Source of the DNA: an uncultured Candidatus Poseidoniales archaeon
Lineage (GTDB): Archaea > Thermoplasmatota > Poseidoniia > Poseidoniales > Poseidoniaceae
Assembly: GCA_964516645.1 (NCBI GenBank)
Contig: CAZEXE010000008.1
Location: 1-45,517, forward strand
Direction: 5' to 3'
DNA length: 45,517 nt
A model generated the notes under the pieces. It was not told where the DNA came from and did no database searches. It was given only the letters and a program-made list of their open reading frames with translations. Numbering within the stretch: the first letter of the stretch is position 1; every line of letters starts with the position of its first letter. Shown piece by piece: positions 1-11,400 of the stretch. The position numbers and the translations under genes are program-made.

Positions 1-136
1 AGGCATCTTCACTATTATCGAAGTTGATAAACATCGCATTAGGAGTTAATGCTAGAATGAAAAGAGCAATTATTCCTAATGTCGTCTTTGGCTTATCGCT
101 GCTAAACCTAGTCATCTCATCGAAAATATTCTTCAT
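1..136 (-). CDS. Partial CDS (N-terminal 45 codons; continues past window start): membrane protein of unknown function
   Basis: Absent from the ORF track (too short). The reverse complement reads ATG (136..134) MKNIFDEMTRFSSDKPKTTLGIIALFILALTPNAMFINFDNSEDA and stays open to the window edge. It has a hydrophilic head followed by one hydrophobic helix. A GGTGA SD-like motif (rc of 141..145) lies 4 nt upstream of the ATG. Confidence 0.4.
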   Translation of the reverse strand, partial: MKNIFDEMTRFSSDKPKTTLGIIALFILALTPNAMFINFDNSEDA

Positions 137-204
137 ACCTTCACCCAACCTTGCTCAGAGTTCTCGGTTATATTGTCTTGTTTAATTTCTAGTCACTAGA
201 CGTC

Positions 205-210
205 TAAAAA
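205..210 (-). terminator. Oligo-T tract (T6 on minus strand) 14 nt downstream of the tRNA-Met 3' end
   Basis: The minus strand reads ...GGCACCA tgcttatccgca TTTTTT agacg. Archaeal transcription termination commonly uses oligo-T runs. Confidence 0.45.
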
Positions 211-223
211 ATGCGGATAAGCA

Positions 224-355
224 TGGTGCCGGGAGCGGGGCTTGAACCCGCGACCTTCGGATGTCTCAGACATGTGAAGGGGCTTTGGTACGTCACAAAA
301 AGTTCCTTAGAACTGCCCTATGAGTCCGACGCGCCACCAACTACGCCACCCCGGC
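224..355 (-). tRNA. Intron-containing tRNA with CAU anticodon (elongator tRNA-Met, or tRNA-Ile2 if C34 is modified); exon1 355..319, intron 318..263 (56 nt), exon2 262..224 with encoded CCA
   Basis: Hand-folded cloverleaf:
- acceptor GCCGGGG/TCCCGGC
- D stem GCGT/GCGC
- anticodon stem TCGGA/TCCGA, loop CTCATA|intron|A
- T arm GCGGG-TTCAAGC-CCCGC
- discriminator A followed by CCA

The intron sits at the canonical 37/38 position. Its h-B-H-B-h' motif has outer helix GGCA/TGTC, 3-nt bulge TAG, central helix CTCA/TGAG, 3-nt bulge ACA, then the anticodon stem. The 5' end GCCGGGG is unlike the archaeal initiator (AGCGGG). Confidence 0.9.
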
Positions 356-390
356 AAGCACTCCGCCCACCGTACACCCCTCTTTGAATA

Positions 391-1344
391 ATGCGGCCTA
401 CTTGGTTTGACGGTGAAGTATACACGCGTGAAAACTCGACCACAGGCTTCATTCACTGGCAACTATCCGCACATCTGATGGTCGACATCAATACTGCCAT
501 GGCCGCGGCTGCCGCAGAAAGGCGAAATCGTAGCACTGGTGACAAGGAGCGGAAGAAGAATCGCTCCGGTGCAGACATGGGCATCGAGTCTTTCGATCCA
601 GTCAAACATGTGTCTAAGGAAAAGGCCGACACAGTATCAATGTGGCTCGTGATTTCATTTGCAGCTACAATGTCACTATTGATGAGATATGTTGCAATGC
701 CTAGTTCGCAGGACAATGTGGATATGCTTTGGTTCATTCCAATGATGGCGATTTTTCTCTTACCTTCTATTCATCGAGCCATTTTGCCAGAAAAATTTGT
801 GGAACATTATACCAAAGGAACTTGGTTTAAAGCATCATTTTTACACATTTTCACTTGGTTGGCTTTGACATTCTTGCTGACAAATGCACCATTTGCAGAT
901 ATTGTTGCTCCACAAGTTGACGACGGTTGGGGGATGATTTCTTCCAGCGAAGACGGATATGATTTCACAAAATCATCAGACGGTGAAGTGACACTCACTG
1001 AAGGCTATACTGGAACACATTTCATCGTTCTAGCATTCAGTGACAATTTCGATGCTGCTGATGCTGAATATGCATTTACCTACTCATGGCTTCCTGAGAA
1101 TGTAAGTTCTGTAGATAATTCATGGCCGGATATCGAAAGTGTTGATGCTGCGACTTTAGATTCAGTTCGCTCTCACAAAGATATTGATTATCCAGTTGCA
1201 ATTGCGGTTCCTGAAGGTTTGACTGAAGGAAGTTATGACTTCGTAATCAAGGTAACCGAGGACGGTGACCCTTGGGAGAATACAAGAACAGTGACAATGA
1301 CTCTGGTTGTCGAGGAATTAGTTGAAGAAGATTCAACTGAGTAA
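391..1344 (+). CDS. Hypothetical membrane protein (about 3 TM helices plus an acidic extracytoplasmic beta-rich C-terminal domain); start uncertain
   Basis: Long ORF. Hydrophobic segments are WLVISFAATMSLL, LWFIPMMAIFLLPSI and FLHIFTWLALTFLLT, followed by an acidic soluble domain. The first 62 codons look non-protein-like and overlap the likely tRNA promoter (TTTGAATAAT, 383..392). In-frame ATGs at 478, 499 or 577 (MGIESFDP...) are plausible true starts. Confidence 0.55.
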   Translation: MRPTWFDGEVYTRENSTTGFIHWQLSAHLMVDINTAMAAAAAERRNRSTGDKERKKNRSGADMGIESFDPVKHVSKEKADTVSMWLVISFAATMSLLMRYVAMPSSQDNVDMLWFIPMMAIFLLPSIHRAILPEKFVEHYTKGTWFKASFLHIFTWLALTFLLTNAPFADIVAPQVDDGWGMISSSEDGYDFTKSSDGEVTLTEGYTGTHFIVLAFSDNFDAADAEYAFTYSWLPENVSSVDNSWPDIESVDAATLDSVRSHKDIDYPVAIAVPEGLTEGSYDFVIKVTEDGDPWENTRTVTMTLVVEELVEEDSTE

Positions 1345-2286
1345 TTTGGAGAGACGTGCTGTCAAAGCATCCAATTGGATTGCTTCACCTCCACCTTCTA
1401 CCAATCTGAAATCAATTTCAGCCATCAATTCTGTCAATTCTAATTTTTGGATTTCAGACAGGAAATCAGCACCATATAATTCTCGGTGCAATTGATTGAC
1501 AAAGTCAGTTCCAGCTAATCCATACTTATCCAACAATTCTCTTAACCTTCTTCGTGCGGCATGAAATCCATCTTGTCTACATGCCATCAAATACTGATGC
1601 AAAGACTCGGGAGGAGCCGTTGCACTTGTCTCATAAATCAGAGTTCTTGTGACATTCTTTTCTAGAGCAGCAGCAACTTGTAATGCGGTTATTGCCTTTC
1701 TTAAATCTCCTTGAGAAATTCTGACTAGGGCTTCAGCAGCCTCATCATCAAGTTCAACCTTTTCGGACTTGGCTACCGCCTTTACTTGATCTAAAACATC
1801 TACATCAGCAAGTGGTCTAAATCTAAATACAGCACACCTGCTTTGAATTGGTTCGATGATTTTGCTAGAATAATTGCAAGAAAGTATGAACCTACAAGTC
1901 TGTGCATATTGTTCCATAATCCTTCTCAACGCGCCTTGTGCATCATGGGTTAGTGCATCTGCTTCATCAAGAAAAATAATTTTGAATTCGGCATCCCCAT
2001 ATGGTGATGTTCTTGCGAATTGTTTTACCTTTGTTCGAATGCTCTCTAACTTCCTCTCATCACTAGCGTTCATCTCTAACAGATTGTTACGGAATTCTGG
2101 TCCAAAAACATCCCTTGTCAACGCCATTGCAGCGGTTGTTTTTCCAGTACCAGGAGGGCCTGCGAACAACAGGTGTGGAAAGTCTGCCAAATTGGCATAT
2201 GAAGCCAATCTCTGTACGACTGAGGCTTGGCCGCGAATATCTCCGACCGTTTGAGGTCGATGACGTTCAACCCACAGTTCGCTCAT
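1333..2286 (-). CDS. rfcS: Replication factor C small subunit (clamp loader AAA+ ATPase)
   Basis: 317 aa. It has the N-terminal WVERHRP box, Walker A GPPGTGKTT, Walker B/DEAD-like FLDEADAL, sensor-1 region ILSCNY and the SRC motif (PIQSRCAVFRF). Confidence 0.95.
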   Translation of the reverse strand: MSELWVERHRPQTVGDIRGQASVVQRLASYANLADFPHLLFAGPPGTGKTTAAMALTRDVFGPEFRNNLLEMNASDERKLESIRTKVKQFARTSPYGDAEFKIIFLDEADALTHDAQGALRRIMEQYAQTCRFILSCNYSSKIIEPIQSRCAVFRFRPLADVDVLDQVKAVAKSEKVELDDEAAEALVRISQGDLRKAITALQVAAALEKNVTRTLIYETSATAPPESLHQYLMACRQDGFHAARRRLRELLDKYGLAGTDFVNQLHRELYGADFLSEIQKLELTELMAEIDFRLVEGGGEAIQLDALTARLSKLLS

Positions 2287-2353
2287 ACCATACTAGGTCA
2301 GAATAGGACGAACTTGAACCTTCGCCTTAGGGAAAAACATCTGATTTTGCCTC

Positions 2354-2372
2354 GGCCACCCTACGGGTGGCC
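2354..2372. promoter_or_regulatory. Perfect 19-nt palindrome/hairpin GGCCACCC-TAC-GGGTGGCC in the rfcS / giant-gene divergent intergenic region
   Basis: It has an 8-bp GC-rich stem and a 3-nt loop. It lies 48 nt upstream of the ATG at 2420 and 68 nt upstream of the rfcS ATG. The geometry matches the hairpin at 28321..28339. Confidence 0.5.
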
Positions 2373-2419
2373 AGCCGAAAGGAAACTATACCTCTACCTC
2401 CGGTGGTTGGCTGAGCCCC

Positions 2420-5400
2420 ATGTCGTCGAACAGCCGTGACCGCCGTAAAATTACAACTTCTTTGCTATTGGTTTTGATGTTTTTATTCGCAGATTTAGCA
2501 TTGCCACAAGCAGTGCCAAATTGGCCAAATGAAGAACTAGAGGACTCATTTATCGTTTTACAAACGACATCTTCATTCAATCCAACTAAGGATGCAGGAA
2601 TCGATTCTGCTAATCCTAACACGAATTACGGAAGCGATGAAACTGCAGGCTTGGGCTTAGGTGTTGCAGGAGAATCTCGTATTTTGATTTCTTTCAACAA
2701 CTCGGTTCCGAGCGGTGACTTGGTTAATGATGCAATCCTCAACTTAACATGTGGAATAGACCCTCTACAACTCGGAGAGATTAACATCTTCACTTCACGA
2801 ATGAAGCGTGCATGGGATGAGGCTAATGTTACATGGAACAACCCAGATGATGGTATCAACTGGGGATTATATGGTGCAGATGATGATTCTGACCATGGCA
2901 CATGGGAACCGCCATTCTATGGATATGCGAACAACACGTTCCAAATCGATGTTACAGCAATCGTTCAAGATGCTGTGATCAATTCTAGGAGCTCAATTGA
3001 CCTCCTCCTAGCAGCCACAGGAAGTGCCTACACCTGTCATATGTCTGATTCGATGGCAACCAATAGTAGGCCTTCTTTGACGATTACTCACCAAAACGGT
3101 ACTCACACAAATGGAGGTAGTTTGTCTCCTAACTTCGTAGAAGATGGTGCAGCATTAATGGATGAATCCAAATTCTTGCTATCAGCAGCCACAAACCCAG
3201 AACTATCTTGGGAAAGCATGTCGGGAACTGCTGCTCAAGTACAATTATCTATCAGCCCTGATTTCAAGTCTGATGCTGATGATGCATGGTATTACAGCAC
3301 TGTTGATAATTCATCTCTGTTCACTATCAATGCAGGTGATGGTGCAATGGATGTCCCTATTGGACATGAACTTTCCAATTCTACCACTATGTATTACCGT
3401 ATGAGAGCGATTGACTCTTCTGACACCATAGGGCCATGGCAAACAGGTTACTTCCATCTTCCTGGCCATACTGTTACAGAAGTAGGTGGATATGGTCAAA
3501 TTTCTTTCACTTTAGATGACCTTGGTCTTTCCGAGGATACCATCGAAGACACATTTGTGGATTCCAATGGAGTTGCCAAGAATGCTAACATGGGTAACGA
3601 TGATAATATCACAATAGGGTCATCCTCTTCTACAGACCAATACGGATTGCTAAGGTTTAACCTCGACGATATAGGCCTACATTCTAATTCTTCAATCATC
3701 TCAGCTAACTTGGCATTAGATAGAACAGGTTACAGTGGAACTGCAAATGTCAGTTTCCACATTATGGATGGTGACGAATGGACAGAAAACGGAGTCACAT
3801 GGAGAAAGTATGATGGAACATATTACTGGGACGATGGAGGAAGAGTTCCTTCAATGTCAGTAGGCCAATTTGAGGGTGATCAATCTTCTTCTTCAATCGA
3901 GGTTAATCTAACCGTAGCAATTCAGAAATGGATTGATGATAATAATGCTGCAAACCAAGCAGGAACTTCAACTTCGAATTCTCTCGAATTGATGATGGTT
4001 GCATCGACATGGGGTATTGAAGAATCAACTACACAATTTGTAAATCTGTGCAGCACAGAAGCGACAGGTTGCGACCAACCTGAATTGGAGATTACATATG
4101 ATTGGGATAGTGATGGACCACCAGATATTGCTGACCCAATCTCCCCATCTGGAGGAGAAGGTGTGTGGAACTTGACAGGTGACAACCTATCTGGAAACAC
4201 AACACCCAAATTGACTTGGCAAACTATGAGCCAAGGCTACAACACAGCTGGACAAATGTATTTACAAATTTCATCTGATGCAGAATTCAGGAATATTATC
4301 TATGACTATGATCCGAGCGTCAATGTAACCTCAAGTGGTTTTTGGGATTCTTGGGGGACTGAATCTGGTGCGCCAACACATCTACCTGATGGAGTTCTAT
4401 ATCACTGGAGAACTGCTGAATTGAATACTACTTCTGGTCATCATTCGTGGTGGTCCAGTACCTCATTCCTTGTTTCGGGATTAGAATCGGAATATTTGCA
4501 GGATGATGAACATCAATTACGTCTTTCTCACGGAAATGCTACAACCGCTGGAGACTCTCCAAGTTGTGAAGACACATATATTGACAGTGGAACTCCAAGT
4601 AGTAACTACAACGGAGAAGAAGAGATGCAAGTCTCTTACAATACATTCCCATCAGAGGCTACAATACTACTGGGATGTGACCTTACCAGCCATCTATTGC
4701 CTAGTGGTTACGCTGTAAAGACTGCAACTTTGAAAATGAGATTGGCTGACTATCCTACCGGAACTCCAACCATTGGTGCGTGGGAGAGCAGACAACACAA
4801 TTGGTCCGAGTCAACGTCCACTTGGTCAGCATTTGATGGTACAAATAGTTGGGGAACTAGCGGTGCCAAAGGTTGGGAGAGAGCTGGACTTCTGGATACA
4901 GAAGCCTTGGATAACTCATACTCTGCTGGCGACTGGGTAGAATTTGACATCACATTAGCCGTTCAAAATGCAATGCGTGAAGACCGTGCTGTGGACCTCA
5001 TTCTAGGAATTGTAGGAGTTGGCACAGGTAGTGATAGAGACGCATTATTCTATCCAAATAATGCAAATTCTGCAAGCAGAGCTGAAATTTCCTTCGTATA
5101 TGTTCCTGGTTCTGATGCCCTACCGTCTGAACCAGTTCCACAAACACCACTGAATGGATCTTGGTCTGTTGATAGTGGAATCAATCCAGCCCCTGACCAA
5201 AATCCTCATTTATCTTGGAACTTATCTAATAGCGGAGTCAATGTTGGTGGTTGGTCAATTGAATTAGATACTACAAGTAATTTCAATTCACCAGATTTGA
5301 TCATGGCAACCAGTTGGACTGACACCGGGTTCGATATAACAAACCAAACATACGATATGACTTCTCTACTTGAAACGGGTAACACATGGTACTGGAGGGT

Positions 5401-8400
5401 TAGAGCCACAAGCGTAACTAATCAAATTGGAAATTGGTCTGAACCATTCCACTTCTTGCTGCCAGATGTCACTACATGGAGTATCGACTCAAATTCTGCG
5501 GCTGTTGAGTTACATCATCGCCAAGCAATGCCATCACTAAATCTCCCTAACTTCATCGACACATGGGTGGCTGATTCAGGAGTTGGTGCGACTGCAGATC
5601 AATCTTCGTCGTCTACATTCAAAGTAGGAACGAGTGCTACTGGTGAAAACGCCACTGCGCTGCTGAAAATTCCGTTGACTGAATTGCCGAATCCGCAGAA
5701 TGCACACATTTCGAATGCTGTCCTAAACCTGTATGCACAATTCGGTTCAGACACCGGCAACGCTATTTCGATTCATCCTGCACTTGTTGCATGGAACACT
5801 AGTGCGAACGGTACGACGTACGATGGCGTGAACAACTGGTCTAGTCCTGGTGCGATGGGCACAAGTGACCGTGGCGGTATGTCCGATGTTCGGACAGGTG
5901 CGTCTGCTGATTGGATGAATTTCGATGTTACGGAATTGGTACAAGATGCATTTGCAAATGGTGACTCACACCTATCTTTGATGATTGTAGGTTCCATCGA
6001 CGAGGGACAAACAGTATTCACATCAACCGATGGAGGAGCAAGCGAACGCCCTTGGCTAAACCTAACTTGGGCAACCGGCAATGCATCCTCTCCAGAAGTT
6101 GCTGGAACAAATACTAACCCTACAATCGATGAAATAATCTGGGACACATCTACCCACGCATTGTTACCTGGTGCAACTCCAAGTTTCACATGGAGTCACC
6201 CAAGCTCATCCAATGTAGATGATTGGAGAATTTTCATCTGGAATGATTACTCTGATGAAAGGGCAGGATGGAATGTTTACGATAGTCGAGAGTCAAACAG
6301 TGGTTGGGATTTGACTAACATGACATGGACTTCTCCAAATAGCCTGTCAACTGGAGAATCCTATGAATGGTTCATTCAACCAATAACAGATGACATCCTT
6401 GGAGCAAGAGGAAATGATACAATTTTCCATATACCTGCAAGCACAGGAAATAGCATCAACTCAACCGATGCTAACATTTCATTACAAGAAGGATTAATTG
6501 TAGAAGCTTTGGATTATCCTGCGATTTTCATAGATACATATCTCGATTCTGGTTCTTCAAATTCCGCATATGGGAATTCGGGAATCATGATTATGGGCCG
6601 TTCTAATCTTACAACATCTCTAAACCATGATTCAACTTCATTACTGATGGTTAATTGGTCAAATATGCCAATTCCTGCATCGCATGAATTCATCACTGCA
6701 ACATTAACATTGAACAGATTGAGCGGTGGAGAAAATGCTCAAGAAACTATCAGAATCGCAGTATGTGAAATGCTTGACAATTGGGACCAAAACGCAACAT
6801 ACAACGGACCTACTGGTGCAAACTCCTCATGGTCTGACGTTCCTTGTGATACTCCTTTCGAAATTGCAAGTATTGATTACGAAGACTACACTGTTGATTT
6901 CGATATTACATATGCGGTGCAACATGCACATGCAAACGGCTCCGACAAGGTGAGTTTGGCATTCTGGGTAATTGATGATACTCGTGATGAATGGCATTTC
7001 GCAAGTAGCAATTACTTACTCGATGAATCATTACGTCCTGAATTAACTCTAACATGGAGAACTGGGACACAATGGTTGCCTTCACCAGCAAACAATTTAC
7101 ATCCATCGGATGGTTCTACAATATGGAATGAATCTGCATCTCGACCTAAAGGGGCTGATGATAACACTATGAATTGGACAGCGGTTGAATCAAACGAAAC
7201 TCGATGGATTATGGAAGTGTCTATGGATGATGCATTCACAGACGAAAACGAAACTTGGTCCTATGACTTAAGCGACAATAGCACCTTTAATGGAACATGG
7301 GATTATTCAAATCTATCATATACGATTGAGGACCATGATTCTGGTGATCACTGGGTATACTGGCGAATCCGCGCTGAACAAGACCACAGGTTAGGAAAGT
7401 GGTCACCTGTACATTCATACAGAGTTCCTGGAGAAATCGGTAGTGATGATGGGGCTGGAAATCATACGGTGACTTTGTTCGACGGTTCTGTCTTTGAAGA
7501 AACTGACAGTCTACCTGGAGTTCCAGATGCTACAATAGATTCTAACAGGCCTAATTCAGCACTTGGAGATAATGGACAATTAGATTTGGGAATCTCCGCG
7601 AGTGGTTCTGGTGAATCTAACATAATTCTAACATTTGACCTGTCTGAAATGCCATTCCCTACAGCGATGACACCAACAAGTGCCTTACTTTCGTTATACA
7701 GAAACAATGTTTCTGGAACATCCTCACTTACAGTGAGTGCCCATGCTTGTGATACATTTACCGAAGATAGCGTTACTTGGAATTCGGCTCCAAGTTGCTC
7801 AAGTAGTGAAGTTACTCGCTCAACAATGTTAGTTGTACCAACTAATGGATGGCAGGTTTGGGATATTACTTCACTGGCGCAATCCAATGTCATTAATGGC
7901 AACCAAACTCTATCAATAATGTTGCAGTCTGTGGGGACACCAACTTCTGGCCATTCGTTCTACGACAATTCTCACAACCAATACAGGCCTAAACTTATTC
8001 TAGAATATGTTGACAATGTGAATGGAGTGATACCACCTGGACAACCTACTCTCACATACCCTGCTGATGGAGCTGTATTGTACAATACCAGTTCATGGGA
8101 ATTAGAATCCCTCGATAAACCTCAACTGTCATGGAATAGCGTCAGTAGTGCCACAGGATACATTGTCACCATCGCAAATACCGATGGTCAACAAAAGTAC
8201 AAATCATGGGAAGACTCTGAAATAAATGGAACCACATTCACATTTAGTCAAGACTTGATTGCGGGAGAAGTATACAGTTGGTGGGTTCAGGCGATAAACG
8301 GCTCGATCCCGGGGCCTTCTTCAAGCCGTAGAGCATTTGCAATTGGTTTGCCAGTAGACCACTCCTACAATAACGACCACACGTGGACTTACACTTTCCA

Positions 8401-11400
8401 AACAGGTAACGAAGTTGCCGACTTAGGACATACAAATATCAGAGATTCATACATTGGTAGTGGTTTCGCTGATATGAATCATGGTTCAGAATCAATGATG
8501 GTTGGAACAAACTGTGAAGGTGCAAATACAGAATGTAGAATGATTTTGGCACTGGACAATAGCCAAGTGCCACTACCATTAGGTGCAATGATTCATTCTG
8601 CTTCACTCAATCTACAAGTTGAATCTTCGCCAGCAGGAACGATGACTTTGAGCGTACATAGATTGCTGACCAACGCATGGTCGCAATCAGGTTCAACATG
8701 GAATAGTTCCGAAGCGGGAATTGCTTGGAGCGCAGGTGGTATGACGGCAGGTGTTGAATATGATTCGACACCAATCTCAAGTGTTACAATTAATTCTGGA
8801 ACTACCGAAGTTTGGTTGGACATAGGGCATGATTACATGATTATTGATGAAGACCATGCTTGGATTGTAATCGCAACTACACCAGCTGGTTCGCCTTCAT
8901 GGGTTGAATTCTACTCTAGTGAAAACTCATTGGAAGAGAGACCTAAGATACTAATCAACTACACTGATGTTCATTTCATATCTATCTCGCCATCTGGTCA
9001 AACTACTGATGCAGACTCCACAGTTCAGTTCTCACACATACTTGAAGATGAATTAGGAGGAATGGTTGCTGAAGATGTTGTTTGGTCGGTTAGCGACGGT
9101 TCCATCAATTCAACTGGGGTATTCACTCCACAATCAGTAGGAACACATGATGTGACTGCATGTTTCGGTGTAATTTGTGCCACAGAATCAATTACGGTTA
9201 CACCGGGGCAACCGGTAACGCTTGTTGTCGAAGATATTGAAGAAACGATAACGGCTGATGAGACATTCACAATCGTTGCTTCGATAAAAGACCAACATGG
9301 AAATACAGTTCCAGGATTGACTATCACTTACACTCCAACTAATGGAACGATGAGTGGAACTACATTCTATCCTCACGATGCTGGAATCCAGACAGTTGCT
9401 GTATTTTGGAATGGACAGACTACTGATGTCACTATAACTGTATTAGGTGGAGTTCCAACACACTACGAAACATCTGGTTGTGAACAAGTAGTTCATGCTG
9501 GAGAAACGTGTGAATTGAACTGGACATTACACGATCAATATGGAAACTTGTTGGGCCTAGAAGTAGGTGGTGGAATTACTTGGACTGTTGGTGGAGGAGT
9601 ATTCACTGAAGCCAATGGCACATACTTCGCAATGACTGTTGGAAACTATGTTTTAAACATGACTTCCACCGGTGGAATATACCACGAAATACCTATTCAG
9701 GTAACTCACGGAGAGATGACAAGTCTCGAGATTAATGCATCCTCTACATTCGTTACTGCTGATGACGTGGTTTGGCTCAATACAACCAGAATCGACGTCA
9801 TGGGTAACCGTTTATCAGTGGTTATACCTCAAGAAAATTGGACAATCAGTGACGGTATGATAACCGCAGGGCAACCTGCCGAATGGCATGCCCAAAATCG
9901 AGGCTCCAAGACTCTAACTGCTAGTTATGCGGGCATGAGTAGCAGTGTAGTCGTTCAAGTCAGTGAAGGAGAAATCACTGGGTTGATTCTAGTTATCGAT
10001 TCGGTAGACTCGACTGGTTCACTGCAAGAAATTACTGCAGACGATGAAATTACAATCAAGGTCAAAGCACATGACGCTGATGGGAACAGATGGACTGAAA
10101 ATGTCGCTTGGACCATTGAGCATGCTCAGTATACAGACCAAAGTGTTCTGCAAGAAATGACATATGGCTCAACCACAATATTCGCTCCTGTCTGGGCCTC
10201 TGATTCAGTATACACATTACGTGCAACGTTTACAGATGCAAATATCACTCTTGATGCAATACTGAATATTTCGGTAGCACATGGAGACTTGATAAACATT
10301 ATACTTTACCAGCCTGTAGAGTTGAATCAAAATATAGATGCTGACGGAGAAGTGCCATTCTTGCCAATGTTGTTCGACGGAGATAACAATACCATTGATT
10401 CTTCAATTATTTCTTACACTCTGGAAAACCTTGACACTGGAGAGACCTCCAACATTACATCTACAATCATAGATAATGCAGGTGTTTGGGAAGCAACCAC
10501 TGTTGGAGAATGGGCAATTACCGCATGGGCAATCTCCAGCACCGGATACAATATTTCTGAAACTGTAGCAATCACTGTTGAACACGGTGATGCTGTTTCT
10601 GTTGACCTCGAAGTAATCGCAGATACTGCCAAAGCCGGTGATGTATACACTCTAACAATCACAGGCACAGATGCTGATGGAAATACGTTCCTTGAGAGTG
10701 TTTTGTGGACACAAGACAACAAAGCCGTACCTGCCTCGACCATTGAGGGTTCAGATGGAGTTTACAATTGGAGTGCTACAACCGCTGGACAACACACATT
10801 CAAGTTCCGCTCTCCAAGTGGTGCAGAAGATGTATGGACAGTAACTGTTTCAGCTCATCAAACCGTTGATCGTATCGAATTGACAATCATTGAGGACTCA
10901 GTATTACAGTTGGAGTCATTCGACATAGAAGTTAGAACGTTTGATGCATGGGAAAATGAGATTCCTGTTCCTCCAGAAACTCAGGTGAAGTTGACTGGTA
11001 GAATGACTGCCAAATTAGTAGAGAATGGTAAGTGGACTATCACTACATTAGATGCTGAAGAACAAACCGTGACTATCGCTGTTCACAATAAGGAAGTGTC
11101 TGATTCCATTGTTGTTGAAGGGACGTTCATGGGATTCTTTGAGGCTGGTGGGACACTTTACTACGCTGGTGGAATTCTAGCAATTCTTATTGTGATTGTT
11201 CTACTTGTTGTCATTGTCATGGTACTTCGTTCAGGAGGCTCTGATTATGACGATGATGATGATGAAGATGATGATGATTACGTGTATGAAGAAGAGGAAC
11301 AACCTGCTAGCACAGGACCAACTGGGCCTCCGGTTGTTGAACGTGGACGTGAAGATTGGATGGCTGATTATCGAGTCGATGAAGACGATGTCGAATGGGC

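Noticed and set aside
263-318. The tRNA intron as a possible C/D box guide sRNA (it has a CTGA near its 3' end, and archaeal tRNA introns sometimes encode guides).
   Set aside because: There is no convincing C box (RUGAUGA) near the 5' end; the best candidate, GTGACG, has several mismatches. There is no C'/D' pair either. The CTGA is part of the BHB central helix.
5773-6189. Antisense and off-frame ORFs of 60-204 aa inside the giant genes (for example 5773..6189, 7462..7902, 10414..10743, 12242..12586, 30160..30672, 34037..34651).
   Set aside because: They are fully embedded in much longer ORFs with clear modular protein structure. Their translations are S/T/P/V-rich low-information sequences typical of shadow frames. 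No start context or motifs support them.
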